63,992 nucleotides of DNA, filler included, from Basidioascus undulatus (GCA_000826855.1; 4 parts of 4 records of this genome joined end to end with filler, not necessarily neighbours in it), one strand, 5' to 3'. Positions 1 to 13,994 are shown, numbered from the whole stretch's first letter. Numbers and translations: made by a program. The notes: generated by a model not told the origin, from the letters alone.

Positions 1-896
1 GAACGGTCATCTCCCCCGACGCGCCCACCCCACCGCCCTCCACCGCCCCCGGCACGCCCGCCGCGGAGCAGCAGAACGCGTTCGCGGCCGGGCTGACCAA
101 CACCAACACCCCGACCGTCGTGCAGCTCGCGGCGAACGGGTACCACGGGCCCTCGCGCGCGCGCAAGCTCCCTACGGCCGTGACGGTCAAGGACGGGATC
201 CTCGTGCTCAACGTGCACTCGAATCGCAAGACCATCAGCCACGGCTTCCTCGCCCGCATCTTCGGCACGCTGGACAGGTACGGCGTGGTCGTGGACCTCA
301 TCTCGACCAGCGAGGTCCACGTCTCGATGGCGATCCACGACTCGATCGGGAAGCGCGTGATCGACAGGTTGCTCGGCGAACTGCGCCTGATAGGGACTGT
401 GCGTTCCTCATTCCCTCTTCTCATTCCCTTCTCCCCTTTTGTACCCTTCCTACGTACGCCCGCCGGTCAACCGAACTGACAACGAAATGCTCCCCGCCAC
501 GCAGGTCGACGTGCACCGGGGCATGGCTATCGTCTCGCTCGTCGGCAAGGCGATGAAGCACACGGTCGGCATCGCGGGCAAGATGTTCACCGTCCTCGCG
601 AGCGGGAACGTCAACATCGAGATGATCAGCCAAGGCGCGAGCGAGATCAACATCTCGTGCGTCGTCGAGGAGCGCGACGCCGTCAAGGCGATGAACATCA
701 TCCACCAGGTGCGTCTTCCCTTTCTCACACCTCCATCGCGATTAAAACTGACAATGCAATCCGCTCTGCAGGCTTGCCTCAACATCGCCCCCTCGCAAGG
801 ACTCAGCTCAGGTCAGTTTCCGTCGAGCTAGCCACCGACTTCGCCGCACGCAATTGCTGATCTGATGCATTCCACGCAGGACCCTGGCTCTTCTAA
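1..896 (+). CDS. HOM3: Aspartate kinase, 3' part (two ACT domains), 5' end outside window
   Basis: Spliced translation contains 'LNVHSNRKTISHGFLARIFGTLDRYGVVVDLISTSEVHVSMA' and 'AIVSLVGKAMKHTVGIAGKMFTVLASGNVNIEMISQGASEINISCVV'. GT-AG introns at about 399-504, 709-771 and 812-879. A tiny last exon ends GPWLF-TAA at 896. Confidence 0.93.
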
Positions 897-1256
897 TATA
901 CCCCATTCCGCTCTCTATTCGTTCATTTGTCCATGATTTCCCTTCTGCTTTTCCGTTGTACTTTGCTTTTGTTGGATGCGCTTGATTAGAGATGGACTCC
1001 CTTGCATTGCATTTATCTGGAAAGGCCGCGTCTGAACGCTGCTTGCCCGAAAGCATAGGATCATTCAGTGCACGCGAAAGGTCTTTAAGCATTGGCCCAG
1101 TAAACCTCTAGACAGTTTCAGCATCGAAACGCAGCGCAGCGATTTTCGAGCCTGCTTCACTTTGCAACCTGCCGGCTGCCGGTTAATTTCGCTCTTTCGC
1201 AGCTACAATATATCAGACCCAAGCAATCTGGCAGACGAATGCTTCTGATGACCGTG

Positions 1257-2991
1257 CTATCGAACAATCAGCACGGGACAGGTCGAGAACGCTAGGACGA
1301 GGTTGCTGTGCCTGATGCGCAGATCGCAGTATCTATCAGCAGCGCGACCGTCGAGAAAGGCGGGAAGAGAACGCTGGAACCCACATGCCGTTCGCCCAAG
1401 GCTGGGCTTGATAGATGCCGAGGTTCCGCTGATCTGATCACACCCCACAATGCGTAAGCCAGACTGACCATCTCACTCCCGGGGCGAAGGCCGAAGATGT
1501 CGCACTCAGGACGACTAGGTCTGCCGGGTAGTAAGAATCGACAACGCTGTATGCCACCATGCCGGGCTCGCCGTGTGCGAGGTGTATCATCGGCTCCATC
1601 TGCAACTAACTCGTCAGAAAATCGTCAACGCAGCTGTGATGCGAGCAACATCTGACTTGCCAGCCCTTTCGCTCGTACCCTCGCCGCCTCGGCGCGCAGC
1701 TGCTCCAGCTTGACTTTTCGCATGCGGCGAAGAAGGCGCAGGTCTTCCGCAGGGTCGTACTGCAGGAGCGGGGTCGGATGGTAGACCGACGTTGGCAAGA
1801 CGGTCAGGAGGAGGACCTGGTCGGATTGGTTCCGGATCTTGTCGAGGTAGCTGGGGAGAGGTTGTGCTCGGCAACGTGAGATGGATCGGAACACCCACGG
1901 ACCAGGTTGGAGTGGGCGCACAAGTCGAGCGCATCGTCTGTGCCGTCCTGCAGCACCGTTTCGTCAATCGCGTGAGCTCAGCATATCAGCAGGTCGGGAG
2001 CGGAATTCGATCGACTCACCTCGTGCACACAGATTAGCACTCGCCTCAGCCCAGACTTATTTTGGATGTGCTTCCCTTCTACCAGATGGACCTCTTTCTC
2101 GGGAATTGGGGATTGTTCCAGCTGAGCCGTCGTAAAGACTTGCTGTGCATCAGTGATCGGCAGGTTCAGAGTCAGTCCACGAATGAAGCAGGGCGAATGA
2201 AGCATGAATGCACCGTCTTGCCCATCCTGGGGTAGCTATAGGGATCGATTGAGGCGCACATTTCCAGTACAGGGAGGGAGAGGGATGTGTTGAGTTGCTG
2301 GGAGATCGCAAGAACGTCGTCGTCGCTGGCGAAGAGTTTGACCAGGGCTCAGGTACAGCGAAAGCTTCTACGTACGTCATGTCTGCGTGAATTAACCATA
2401 ATTAAGGGCCTATCTGAGGGAGTGTATACATACTCCTACTGTGCAGGGACCACCTTACTATGGTGTCGGCGCCCGGTGTTGCGTAAACTGACCTTACGCA
2501 ACCACGGACCTACACGATCCGTGTTGTTTGCCTTGCAGCACAAAAAACTCATTGTACACTTCTGTAAGAACTTTAATTGCTTAAGAATTGTCCCGCCTCG
2601 AGCAACAGATCTGGAGGACTTACGTTGTTACTACGAGCTCGGACTTGGCTGGCAATTTCAACGACTGTCACGTTCCCGGTACGTATTTCAAAGCGTTGCA
2701 GATTGTTGCTACCTAACCATCCTCTTCCATAATTTTACATACGTGAATGTGCAAAGTTGAGGACAAAGTAGCTGATCGATGAACAGGAACATCCTCCTTT
2801 GCCGGGACTGACTTGTTGGAAGTAGGATATGGAAGCCCGACAATCCCATTACGTTGGGGAAGAGTCCTATAGTTTTTCTTATTGCGTAGACCTGTCTTTG
2901 CCCCTGTTGTTTTTCTTGGCTGCAGGCCGGCGGCGCCGAGTGTTGTTTGCGTGCGTCCGGTGCGGCTTACCGCCTTTTTTTTTTTGGACAT
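1257..2991 (-). CDS. Putative universal stress protein (USP) domain protein with a basic N-terminal extension; exon structure and start uncertain
   Basis: USP-like strands appear in the expected order across exons: 'RRVLICVHE|DGTDDAL' (~2050-1930), 'DQVLLLTV' (~1820), 'IHLAHGEPG', 'ADLVVLSA' (~1590-1500) and terminal 'STCPVLIVR*' (1257). Linking to the upstream Lys-rich ORF 2713-2991 is inferred. Confidence 0.5.
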
Positions 2992-3606
2992 GAACGATCG
3001 AGATGAAAATATACTTGACCGAACTATCGCGAGGAGATGATTAGCATTTCCGAGGCTAGGAAAAGGAAGTCAATACACTGCGAAAGAACAGGTAAAAGTA
3101 CAAGTACAACAAGACAGCGCGTGACCCTTCCTCTACGGCCACATACCGGCTTCAAAAACGGATTTTTTTAAGTAATTTACCTACAGTCCGGACGACCGAG
3201 GCCATTCAAGGACACTTGTGCCACGATGAGAAGGAAAAAAGCTGCAGCCTCAAAGATGCTGTGATCCCTTCATGTCTTTACAGCGTATTAACGTGTGTGT
3301 GATGTTACACTGGGTATAAATTTGAGAAACCTTGATTGTAACACCATGCGTGATGCTCTCCGTGTCGGACACCCTCTGGCGCTGGACCGGGCGTTCCATC
3401 CACTAGATGCGCAGGCAGAATCTCCAGATAACTCTCAGGCTGCTACGAACCGAGAACTCGTAGCGGCATTTAAACCCGTGAGCCCACACTCTCAGCAGAA
3501 CTGTCCATGAACGGTGTGGATGCATCAGCCGCCTGAAGAGCGCTTTTGGTGTGCATCCTGGGCACTTCGCCCATCGCAGACTCCTGGCTGGAGAGCCCTT
3601 CACCGC

Positions 3607-3642
3607 ATCAAGCTTCCGACCGCAATCAAGCTTCCGACCGCA
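3607..3642. repeat. Perfect 18-bp tandem duplication (ATCAAGCTTCCGACCGCA x2) downstream of the HPPD stop
   Basis: Read directly at 3607-3624 and 3625-3642. Confidence 0.9.
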
Positions 3643-3753
3643 TTGAACAATTTGGCTGGTTTCATAAAAGGCACACAGGAATAGACATGACAAGTGGGTA
3701 TTAAGACACATGGATTCACGACGTCGTCGAAAAGTCCCCGCCATACACAGCAT

Positions 3754-5406
<1,653 letters not shown>

Positions 5407-5990
5407 TATCTGCGATGCTCGTGAGCAGGGGCGAATAGATTGTGTTGCTCGAGATAAACAATGGCCATTTGTTCATTCATGTTGGGGTCATTTTGAACGA
5501 GAACGACCAGGTCCGCCACCATGCATACACAGGCATGATCAGAAAAACAGCCGAGCTATCCGCGAGGAAGCGAAGCAGGTGAGCACAGCATGTGCCCTCG
5601 CGGTCACCTGCCGGGCGAAAGCGTTCGGTCCCCCTTTTAACAGCCAAAGTTCTGTGGGCAGCAAATCCTTGGATCATTGTCGGCGGCCGTTGAAGAATCA
5701 TGAATTGTCTTCTTGGAATCAAGAGGAAGCCGAAGATACAACAGGGTGTGGAAGGAAAGGCAGAGGAGGAGGCAACCCTGTTCACACAAGCTCGAGGCCC
5801 TGTGACCCCCGCCGCCACCGCCCGTTCCTTTCGCTCGTTCGGTGACCAGTACGATTCAAAATCCTTCACACACAGTCCTTGACCATCTCACACTCTTCAT
5901 CTTCTCTGCCTTTCACCAACCACTGCCTTCCATCGTCCCCTGCCTTCCACAACCCCTGCCTTGACTACACACTGTTCATCAACACAGAAT

Positions 5991-6852
5991 ATGGTCGTCT
6001 CCTCCTCACGAATAGACACGCCTGCGCTATCTGCGCGTGACAAACACGTGTTAGGATTAGTGTTCGACTCGGGTGAGTATAATATCCCGTTTGTAACCGT
6101 GACCTTGAGTTCTGGTGAAGGAAGTTGTCGTTGCTGACTGGACTTGCTGTCAAGAGTCTGCACCTGATGCTAAGCTGGAGATATTAGCCGACCAAGACGA
6201 GCTGCTGCCTGGAACTAGTGTGTTCCTCACACAGCATTTCTATGCTGAAGATGGGCTAATGATGAAGTAGGCTTCCTGCAGTCTGCGCACTGCAAGCAGC
6301 TCGAGATTGACGCCATCCAGAAGGCCGAGGCTGCTGACCTGCGTGGGGCTCTCTGCCTACTCGATACTCTTATTGCAGAGACGCCCAATTGGGCTAGCGC
6401 GTACAACAACCGGTGAGCCCAATCTCTGGAAGGATAATCTAAATGCACTTTCCATTACGCTTTTCACAACCCACTGACGGACGCCCCGTTTCCGCTGCAG
6501 TGCTCAAGTCCGCCGGCTCCTCCATGAGCAGCAAGCAGCTCTGTCCGATATCGATAAGGCAATCCTGCTCTGTACCCCAGCGTCTCCTTCTTCGCCGTTA
6601 TTGCGGAGCCACGCCCGAGTTCTTGCGCAAGCGCACATGCAGCGTGCGGCGGTGTTGAGCGCGTTGCTGCCTCAGGACGACGAAGAGAATGTGGCGAGGA
6701 GGGAGGACCTCATAGCAAAGGAGATATTTCTGGGAGGAAAATATGGGAACGAGTTGGTGAGACAAATGTCGGTGGCTACGAATTCGTACGCCAAAATGTG
6801 CGGGGACATTGTGAGGGCGGCGATTGCCCGGGACTCTGAGGGCAATAATTGA
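5991..6852 (+). CDS. TTC36: Tetratricopeptide repeat protein 36 (TTC36)-like protein; candidate HmgX equivalent
   Basis: Manual splicing (introns ~6073-6154, ~6218-6270, 6413-6500) gives MVVSSSRIDTPALSARDKHVLGLVFDS..CKQLEIDAIQKAEAADLRGALCLLDTLIAETPNWASAYNNRAQVRRL..ALSDIDKAILL..QAHMQRA..GGKYGNELVRQMSVATNSYAKMCGDIV. This matches the TTC36 pattern as I remember it (D-x2-VL-x2-(I/V)F; LE-x2-(G/A)(V/I)-x2-AE; ASAYNNRAQ; C-terminal N(P/S)YA-x-(L/M)C). Confidence 0.85.
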
Positions 6853-7486
6853 TCGCCACAATGATTCACCCACTTTGGCTTTTCTGTGTGTGACTCTTTT
6901 GTCGCTCGTTGACAGCCGCCGACCTGTCGTCTTGAACCCTCGTAGAGGGCTTTTCTTCAGGGCTCCTAAGGTGCTGAGCGGGCGTTAGAGCAAGCCTTGC
7001 AGGTTTACAGCCTTTATTGCAGGTTTTCCGCCTTTCTTTAAGATTAACTAACGGCCTTGTTGAGGTGATAACTCATGCTGGCTGTCCAGCTCGCTGAGAG
7101 TGCGCCAGATGTTCTCTTCATCAGCCACGCTACACACCCATGCAGTGGTGTCTGCTCCTTCGGCACTGCAAGCAAACCGCAGTGCGACCTCTCTGTCAAT
7201 ATTTCTTCCAGGAAGAGATACATCAGACTGCAGCATAGTTGTTCTTCAAGCTTCATATTAAAATGCAGAAGTGCTGATCAGCTTGCGGCCCGCCGCTCTG
7301 CCGAGACACCCTGAAGTACCGATGTGTTTGTTGCCTTCCGAGCGTGGCTTTCTATCTCATCTCTCATAGAGATTCCAGTCCTCCAACCTCCAGAATAGCT
7401 AGTCCTTAGCCCCAAGGTCCCAAACCTCTTCTCCGACTTTCCCTCCCTCCGCTCAGTGACCCCGGCCCCGCCCTGCGCCGCCGACA

Positions 7487-7900
7487 ATGGACACCGAAAA
7501 GGTCGATGACCCGAGAATGAGGACGACACCGCGCCCCCCACAATCCCACAACCTCCAGCCAAGCCCCCTTCCCATCCTTGCACCAAGCACCTCCGCCTCT
7601 ACGCAGGCGTTGTCCTATGCCCCGCGGTGCCCGTCGCCCTGCTCTACACCGCAGGCGCGCTCATCAGCACTACGCCCTCGCCGACGTTTCCGCGATAGTC
7701 GCGTACCTCGACATGATCAGCAATCCGGTGTTGTGAGCTATTGCCGTGGAGAGGGCGCGGGCAAGGTGGCTGCTGCTGACGTATAGTGCTGCTGTGCGGA
7801 GGGGCAGAATCTACGTGGTGTGGTTGGGGATGGAAGCCTTCAGGATATACAAGGGGATGCAGGCGGACAAAGATCGTGAACGTGGTGAAGTAGGGGGGAA
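7487..7900 (+). pseudogene. Possible decayed small membrane-protein gene
   Basis: A Pro-rich then hydrophobic segment ('HLRLYAGVVLCPAVPVALLYTAGAL') is out of frame with the ATG at 7487 and is followed by a stop. There is a canonical intron at ~7734-7786 and a downstream 'YVVWLGMEAFRIY'. Confidence 0.25.
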
Positions 7901-8517
7901 CCGGAGCCCAAAGTGTTTATCAATGAAGGGGATGATGCTGTATTCCTCAAATTTTCGAAAGAGTCGTCGATTGTCGCCGGCAGTTGAGTGCCTAACGCAC
8001 CGAACCATGCGCAGCCCTGCATAGCGAGCCGACTCCCATCGTCGACCTCCGCAGTAAGCTAGGGACCTGGATTGAGAAAGGTCCACGTCGGGTGGACAGG
8101 TCGCGATAGGAAGGCGGACGCGGTAGGGATGCAGCCAGGCCCGACGCGGGACCGCTCTCGCGCTTTCTCTAGACCCACCCAGCATCAAAAGCTCTGGAAG
8201 AGCTTAGTTGGAGAGAACCGAGAGAGAGAAGTGAATGTTAGGTCGTGTCTGTGGCTGAGATGAGATGGGCCTCGATCTGCCGCGCGAGCGATGGCGCCAG
8301 TTGGTGTGGGTATGCAATGCGAGAGAGACGACTGATCGATCGACGCGAATGCGAAGGGCGGATGAAGAGATGCGAATGAGAATGGTGAGTTTGGCTCGAA
8401 GACAAAGTGCCGACGCCATACGCCTGCGCCTCAAGCATCCACCAAGAGCCAAGTTTGGTCGCGCGTGTAAGTGTGTATCAATCAGGCCTCTCCCCTGTCC
8501 CCGCCCTGCTACCTCAC

Positions 8518-9115
8518 TCAGATGCGGAGCTTCGCCTCCATCTGGGCGTGGATGTCCTGCTGTACGGGCCCAACATCGCGGACTGCGGAACGCCACGCCA
8601 TCCCCACGGCACATGAGCACCCCATAGAGAAATCCTCTTTAGCAGATTCGCCGCGCCACTTACCGCCCATGAACTCCTCCACCGCCAGCGTCTCATCCCG
8701 TCCCATCAAGATCTCCAGCCCCAAATCGCGACCCGCGCCTCCCACGCCGCGCATAGCAGGCATGGCGCCCATGTCCCACCCCTCTTTGAGGACCTTGCGC
8801 TCCATCATCTGGCGCATGGGGAGGGCGAGGCCGAAGGGGTTGCGCTGGAGCTGGAGCTTGAGCGCGTCCTGCGTCGCGTCGTACGACGCGAGGTGCGCCT
8901 GCAGCGGGTGCTGCTCCGCTGACGGGGCGGCAAGCGCGCCGCGGGAGGCGGAGAGACCGTGCCGCAGGGGGTCGGGGAGATTGTAGGTTGGGTGCAGAGT
9001 CGAGGGGGCGGTGGAGGAGGAGGGCGCGGAGGAGGAGGGGACGAGGCGGAGTGACTGCGGGGGGATAGAGGGTCAGCTAGAGCTTGAGAAAGTTCCTAGG
9101 ACTGATACTGACCAT
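8518..9115 (-). CDS. UMP1: Proteasome maturation factor UMP1/POMP
   Basis: ATG-only first coding exon (9113-9115) and intron 9055-9112, then SLRLVP..HPLQAHLASYDATQDALKLQLQRNPFGLALPMRQMMERKVLK..LGLEILMGRDETL..DIHAQMEAKLRI*. Second intron 8583-8663 (GTAAGT..CCGCAG). Confidence 0.88.
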
Positions 9116-9384
9116 GGTGCCTGCTGTGAATAACTGAAATGTGTAAGAAGGGGTGTGAAGGGGTGCGCTGGGCGTGAATATCGTCGATGAGAGCGTCCAA
9201 GGCTGCGTCACCTGCGAGCGCGCACTGAGGCGAACCGTAAGCTCGGCCAAGGGGACTCTGCGGATCGCGTCCCGGCGCGTCCACGTCCAACGCTCATCTC
9301 GCTGCTGCCCAGCACGCACACACGCTTATCAACGCAACATCGCACGCATCTCAACCTCATTTGGCATACTAATTCTGTTCAGAA

Positions 9385-9794
9385 ATGGTCAGTATCTCTC
9401 ACTCGCTTGGCATGAGCCTCGAATCGACCTCATTCCTGTTCGGCTCATCCCCGTCGTTCGCAGAGCTCGACGAACCTCCTCGGCCTGCTCCTCCTCCTCG
9501 CAGCTTCCACAATCTTCACCTACTACACTATCTGGGCACTCTTCCTCGTGCGCCCTCCTCCCCGCGTCCTGCTCTCTCCCAACTTCCTCACCCCTCCCTC
9601 ACCCGTCCCCGCAGCCCTTCCTCCCCGCCTCCTCGCCCCTGCACGCCTGCTTCCCCGCCCGCGAGTGGGCAGTCCGCATCCCCGTCGCCCTCCTCCTCGC
9701 GGGCATTGCCGCCATTGGGGGATTTGTGGGGCTCGTCTTGGTCAAGGAGGGGAAGAAGAAACGCGCACAGGCCACGGCGGCGAAGAGTAAATGA
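9385..9794 (+). CDS. DPM2: Dolichol-phosphate mannose synthase regulatory subunit 2
   Basis: ATG|intron|SSTNLLGLLLLLAASTIFTYYTIWALFL|PFLPASSPLHACFPAREWAVRIPVALLLAGIAAIGGFVGLVLVKEGKKK. Has the DPM2 'F-x-YYT-x-W...PF...FP-x-R-x-WA-x2-IP' pattern with two TM helices. Confidence 0.92.
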
Positions 9795-10859
9795 CAGATG
9801 GGCGGAGGGATGCACTGGGTTGATGAGCCGGCGAGACGGAGAGGCGTCGGCAGGCGGGTGCCAATCGAGAACCGGTGGGAGGAAGAGTGGGGGCGCTAAT
9901 GAGGGATGTACAGGAAGGGGTGATCTTTCGGCCCCTACCCATTCACGCGCACTCATGTCTTCGCATCAATTCGATCACACCGTCGGACACTGACTCGCTA
10001 CGCACCTCGTGCAGCATCAATTACTCGCTGTGCTGTGGGCTGACGCAGGCGGGTGGATGGCAGGAGGGCGGAAAAGCGGGTGCCTGGTGAGGGAGGTACA
10101 GGGAAGGGTCATCATTCTCGGGCACTCACGTCTTCGAGTCGATTCGATCTCATCTCGCACCCTCGCACCCTCTTACTCGGGCTCGTTACGCAGCACATCG
10201 AAGCATTATTCACTCGCTCGCTCTCTGTGCGACTTCGATCGGATGGGGCGCCTAGTCTGTTCCCCTCAGCTATGGCTCCCCTTCCCATTTCGATCCGGTG
10301 TCGGACGCGACGGCTCGCTCTCACCGTCCCCTCGCCCGGGCCTGACCACGCGGGCAGAAACATATCGACGTGAGCCAATGCTCAGGCTCCGCCAGCTCGC
10401 TCGACGCGCCGACTCGGAACGGGAAGGGCCAGGCAGATGCCAGTCGACAGCGTCTCGCGTTCGGCCTTCATTCCATGCAGCTGCACTGTCGGCGAATGTC
10501 CGCCGTTCTTTTAATTAACGCTTGAAGAAGACTTACCTCCGCTTTATGGTGAAACGGACACTTCGCTCTAATCCAACAGCTAACGGTGCTGCATGTCCTG
10601 ATGCGTTCCCCGCCCGTGTCCAAGTACACGCACCACTCACACCCGCTCCTCGGCCTCCCATCTGCCAATCATCCTCCCCACCGCGAAACCCTGAGCTGTT
10701 CGTCCCTCTAATCAAAGGAACGCGACATCCTTGTTCTCTCATGCTCTTGCTGACACACTAGATGCGTTCAACCGTCTAACCAACGTTGCGTCCGCATCTC
10801 CCACCCTGCACCCAGCGCTCACACCATCTCCCGCCCCCGCTCCTCCCGTCCCTCCTGCT

Positions 10860-11208
10860 TCAAAACCCGTTCTCCTCATAGCTCTCCACCCAGAACCGCC
10901 CCAGCCCCAACCACACCGTCGCCCTCCGGCAGCGCTCACGCCCCGACCACATCATCACATTCATGCCCGCGAACAGTCTTCTCGACCCCCCGACACCATC
11001 CATTAGTACCTTGTCCCCCCACCGCGGAAAACCCAACTCACATCCATAGGACGCAAAACAGCGTGCGCAGGACCACGCGGAGGTACGGCGCAGGCGCGAG
11101 GGCGTCCGCGAACACGTGCTGCGCGATGACGAGCGCGATGAGCATCGCAAAGACCGTGAAGTAGACGACAAAGAAGCGCCCCCACTGCTTGTCGAACAGC
11201 CAGGCCAT
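10860..11208 (-). CDS. Small hypothetical membrane protein (~95 aa, 2 exons)
   Basis: MAWLFDKQWGRFFVVYFTVFAMLIALVIAQHVFADALAPAPYLRVVLRTLFCVLW, then a GTGAGT..TACTAAT..AAG intron that splices in frame to ILFAGMNVMMWSG..VWLGLGRFWVESYEENGF*. Confidence 0.4.
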
Positions 11209-11739
11209 GGTAGCGTAGCGAGAGGAGGGCACAGCTGTTGGCGCTGCGCTTGTTGGGGAGACGCCGTTCGGCGATTTGGGAGGAGTTGGAGACTGGGAGG
11301 AAGGAAATGGTGGTGGTGACGAGGGAGAGGCTGAGATGGCGAAGAGACGGCGGAGCGAGTGCACAGCTTTTCTGGCATGCGAGGTGTTGGGTGTCTCGGC
11401 AGAGTCACAGGCGCGCAGGCTGGCGTTGCTCAGTCCTGCAACGCGGCTGTCAGCTCGACCAGCTTCTATGCATGTTCTTTGAAATTATGAAATTGAATGG
11501 AGTTGTCCCATCGCTTAGGGGAGATGAGGGACAGAGGGCGAGACGAGAATTGACAGCCGACCGAATGAAAGCGTGCTCGCAGCCATCGGCCATCTGTTGG
11601 GGAGGAGCTTGCGGAAGTCGACGCGGTGGTAATCGCTTTTGACGGATTTCAACAACCACCCTCTAGAGTCCTCTCCCTCTTTCTCGAGCTCTCAAACAAA
11701 CACATCGTGATCCAATCAGACAACCCTCTGACTTATAAT

Positions 11740-13900
11740 ATCCTTGAGCCCAATGGTCATCCCCACTACAAAAACAAGTCTGGTATGCCCATGTCCTGTG
11801 ACCACTGACAGTGACAATCAGCCCCTATTGTCCTGTCCAAGCCTACACATCACAGTGACAGACAACTCACATCAGAACCGGCAGCTCTCAACCTTCTCCA
11901 TAGCCTCCTTGAGGTATGTGATCATGCCAGGGAGGATGCCCACATGCTCAAAGACGGTGATGAGCAGCTCCAGGTTCTTGCGCGCGAGGAGGGTGTACCA
12001 GCCCAGGGCTCTCTGGCTGGGTCCCATCTGCTGACAGCCAATGAGGAGATAGCCCAGCTGGTGCATGGGCTCAGTGCAGGGTGGGAGTGCACACACCAGC
12101 TGGGGGCTTCTCAGGTGGCAGAAAGGGAGGCTGTGAAGCAGAGGATGCAGGAGTGGGTGGGGTGCCACAGGGTAAGACAGACAGAGGGAGTGGTGCAGCA
12201 GGATGCTGAGGGCACAGGATCCAGAGGAGGAGGCATTCTGGAAGTTCCTCTGGTGCTCAGGTGGGGTTAGCCCTGCTGTGGCACTGGAGGGGCTACTGCC
12301 AATGCTCAAGGGAGATCTCACTCACTCCCCCTCTCCTTGCCACTGGTGTGCAACCCAGTGGGGGAGGGTAGGGGTGGGTTTGGCTGTGCACAGCCAGCTT
12401 GGGCACGTTGGAAGACACCTGTGCTTGCAAGGAGCAGTGCATGTGGATGGCATGCCACAGGACAGCATGCCACAGGACAGCATGTCTGGCGGCGTGCATC
12501 GGGCAGGTGTCAGCTTGCCGGAACTGGCAGGAGGTGAGAAGGGCTTGGAAGCCTTGGGAGGGCCAGCCTTGCTCTTCTTCTTGGACCCCTTCTGGCTCTT
12601 GGGGAGCTAATCTGCAGCTTGGAACCAGCTCTTATTCTTGGGGGAACTCTGGGGGACCAGCAACATGCAGGCAGACAAGCAGTCAAGCCAGATCGCAATC
12701 GTTAAGGTATGTGGGAATTGCTGACTAAGACACCCAGCAGCAGCGAGCCCTTGAGGCCCCTGCCTCACCTGCACTTAGGCAGAGGAATGAAGAATACTAT
12801 GTCAGAATGCATATTTCATTATCCACTGACCTTAGAAGGGGGAGAGCACCATCCTGGAGCTCCCAGAGCTGCACTCTGAGGAGAGGTAGAGCTGATCAGC
12901 GATTTTTGGGGCCTTTGTACGGGGGTGGCTTACCATGGGAGTATTATTAGATCCAAGAAAAGTAAGAAATAATGAGTAGATTGTGAAAGTATGAAGGTAA
13001 TTGACCTCTGGTGATGAAGTCATGGAGCAAAGATCAGCTAGAATGGCCAGAGCCATCAGCTGTCTTTTCGTCGGCGCTCAGCTAGAATGGTTAGATTTCT
13101 CAGCTAGCCTTCCATCGAAGCTCGGCTGCCAGGCCATTTTCACCCAGGTAAAATAATTCCTAGTTCAGGGATTATATATTTTCGAACTTAGTTTTTGTCT
13201 CAAAGGTGGACACCACCAAGTAAACATGGTAACCCATCGTAAGAATGATATAGCCATATGCACATCTGATCCGGCACTGCGGGAAGTGTGGTGGGTAAAT
13301 TTCAGCTGTTCGATAGCTTCGATTCAACTTTCATCCAGTAGGCAGCTGAGGTAAGGGGTGCTTTTGGCAGCTGGATTTGTGTAGTACCTCCTTAACTTTG
13401 AACTCTAGTCTAGCATGTTTGGGCACTGCTGGACACACAGCGTGAGGTCACCTGTTGAACAGCCAACAGACTTCACAGCCTCCTCAAATATTTACAGAAA
13501 GCGTCATAAAATAGCATGTACAGGGCAATTTCAGATCTATTATCAAGTTGTTCTCATGCAGTACCCTCGCTCCCCTTATGTTTGCCTGTGAGCCACACAG
13601 ATGCGGGAGCCCCCTCTCTCTGCCCTTCCCTCCAAAATTTCCAAACATATTGATCGACTTCGTTCCGGTGCAGTGTGGAGGGGATGCATGCAAAAGCATA
13701 GGCAAGACCCTGGCTGAGTCTAAGAGTGCATGCTGTTGTGTGTCCTTTGCCACTCCAGATTTGAGCATGAGAGATGTGAAGCCTAGGGAACTTGGTGACT
13801 TGTCGGGAAAGTTCCTAAAACTGAAAAAGAGAACTGGCTCATCAGTGAGAATGTTGGAAAGTCCCAATAGGAAAATGCAGCTCAACGCACATCGATCTCA
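11740..13900. mobile_element. CpG-depleted degenerate repeat/transposon relic, family unassigned
   Basis: GC-rich coding-like sequence with scarce CpG and abundant TpG/CpA, and broken ORFs. Contains a 15-bp tandem duplication at ~12452-12481 and repeated TCAGCTAGAATGG at 13034 and 13078. No diagnostic RT or transposase motif recognised. Confidence 0.4.
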
Positions 13901-13994
13901 TTTTCCCCAAGGTGACGGTAATGAGCCAAATATAATGCCCGCAAGTTCGGTATCGAAATGGCGATCGGACCAAGGCATTGCATGATAGCGTGCC

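Noticed and set aside
9895..10160. Imperfect ~70-bp duplication downstream of DPM2
   Set aside because: Two degenerate copies only, with no array structure or element ends.
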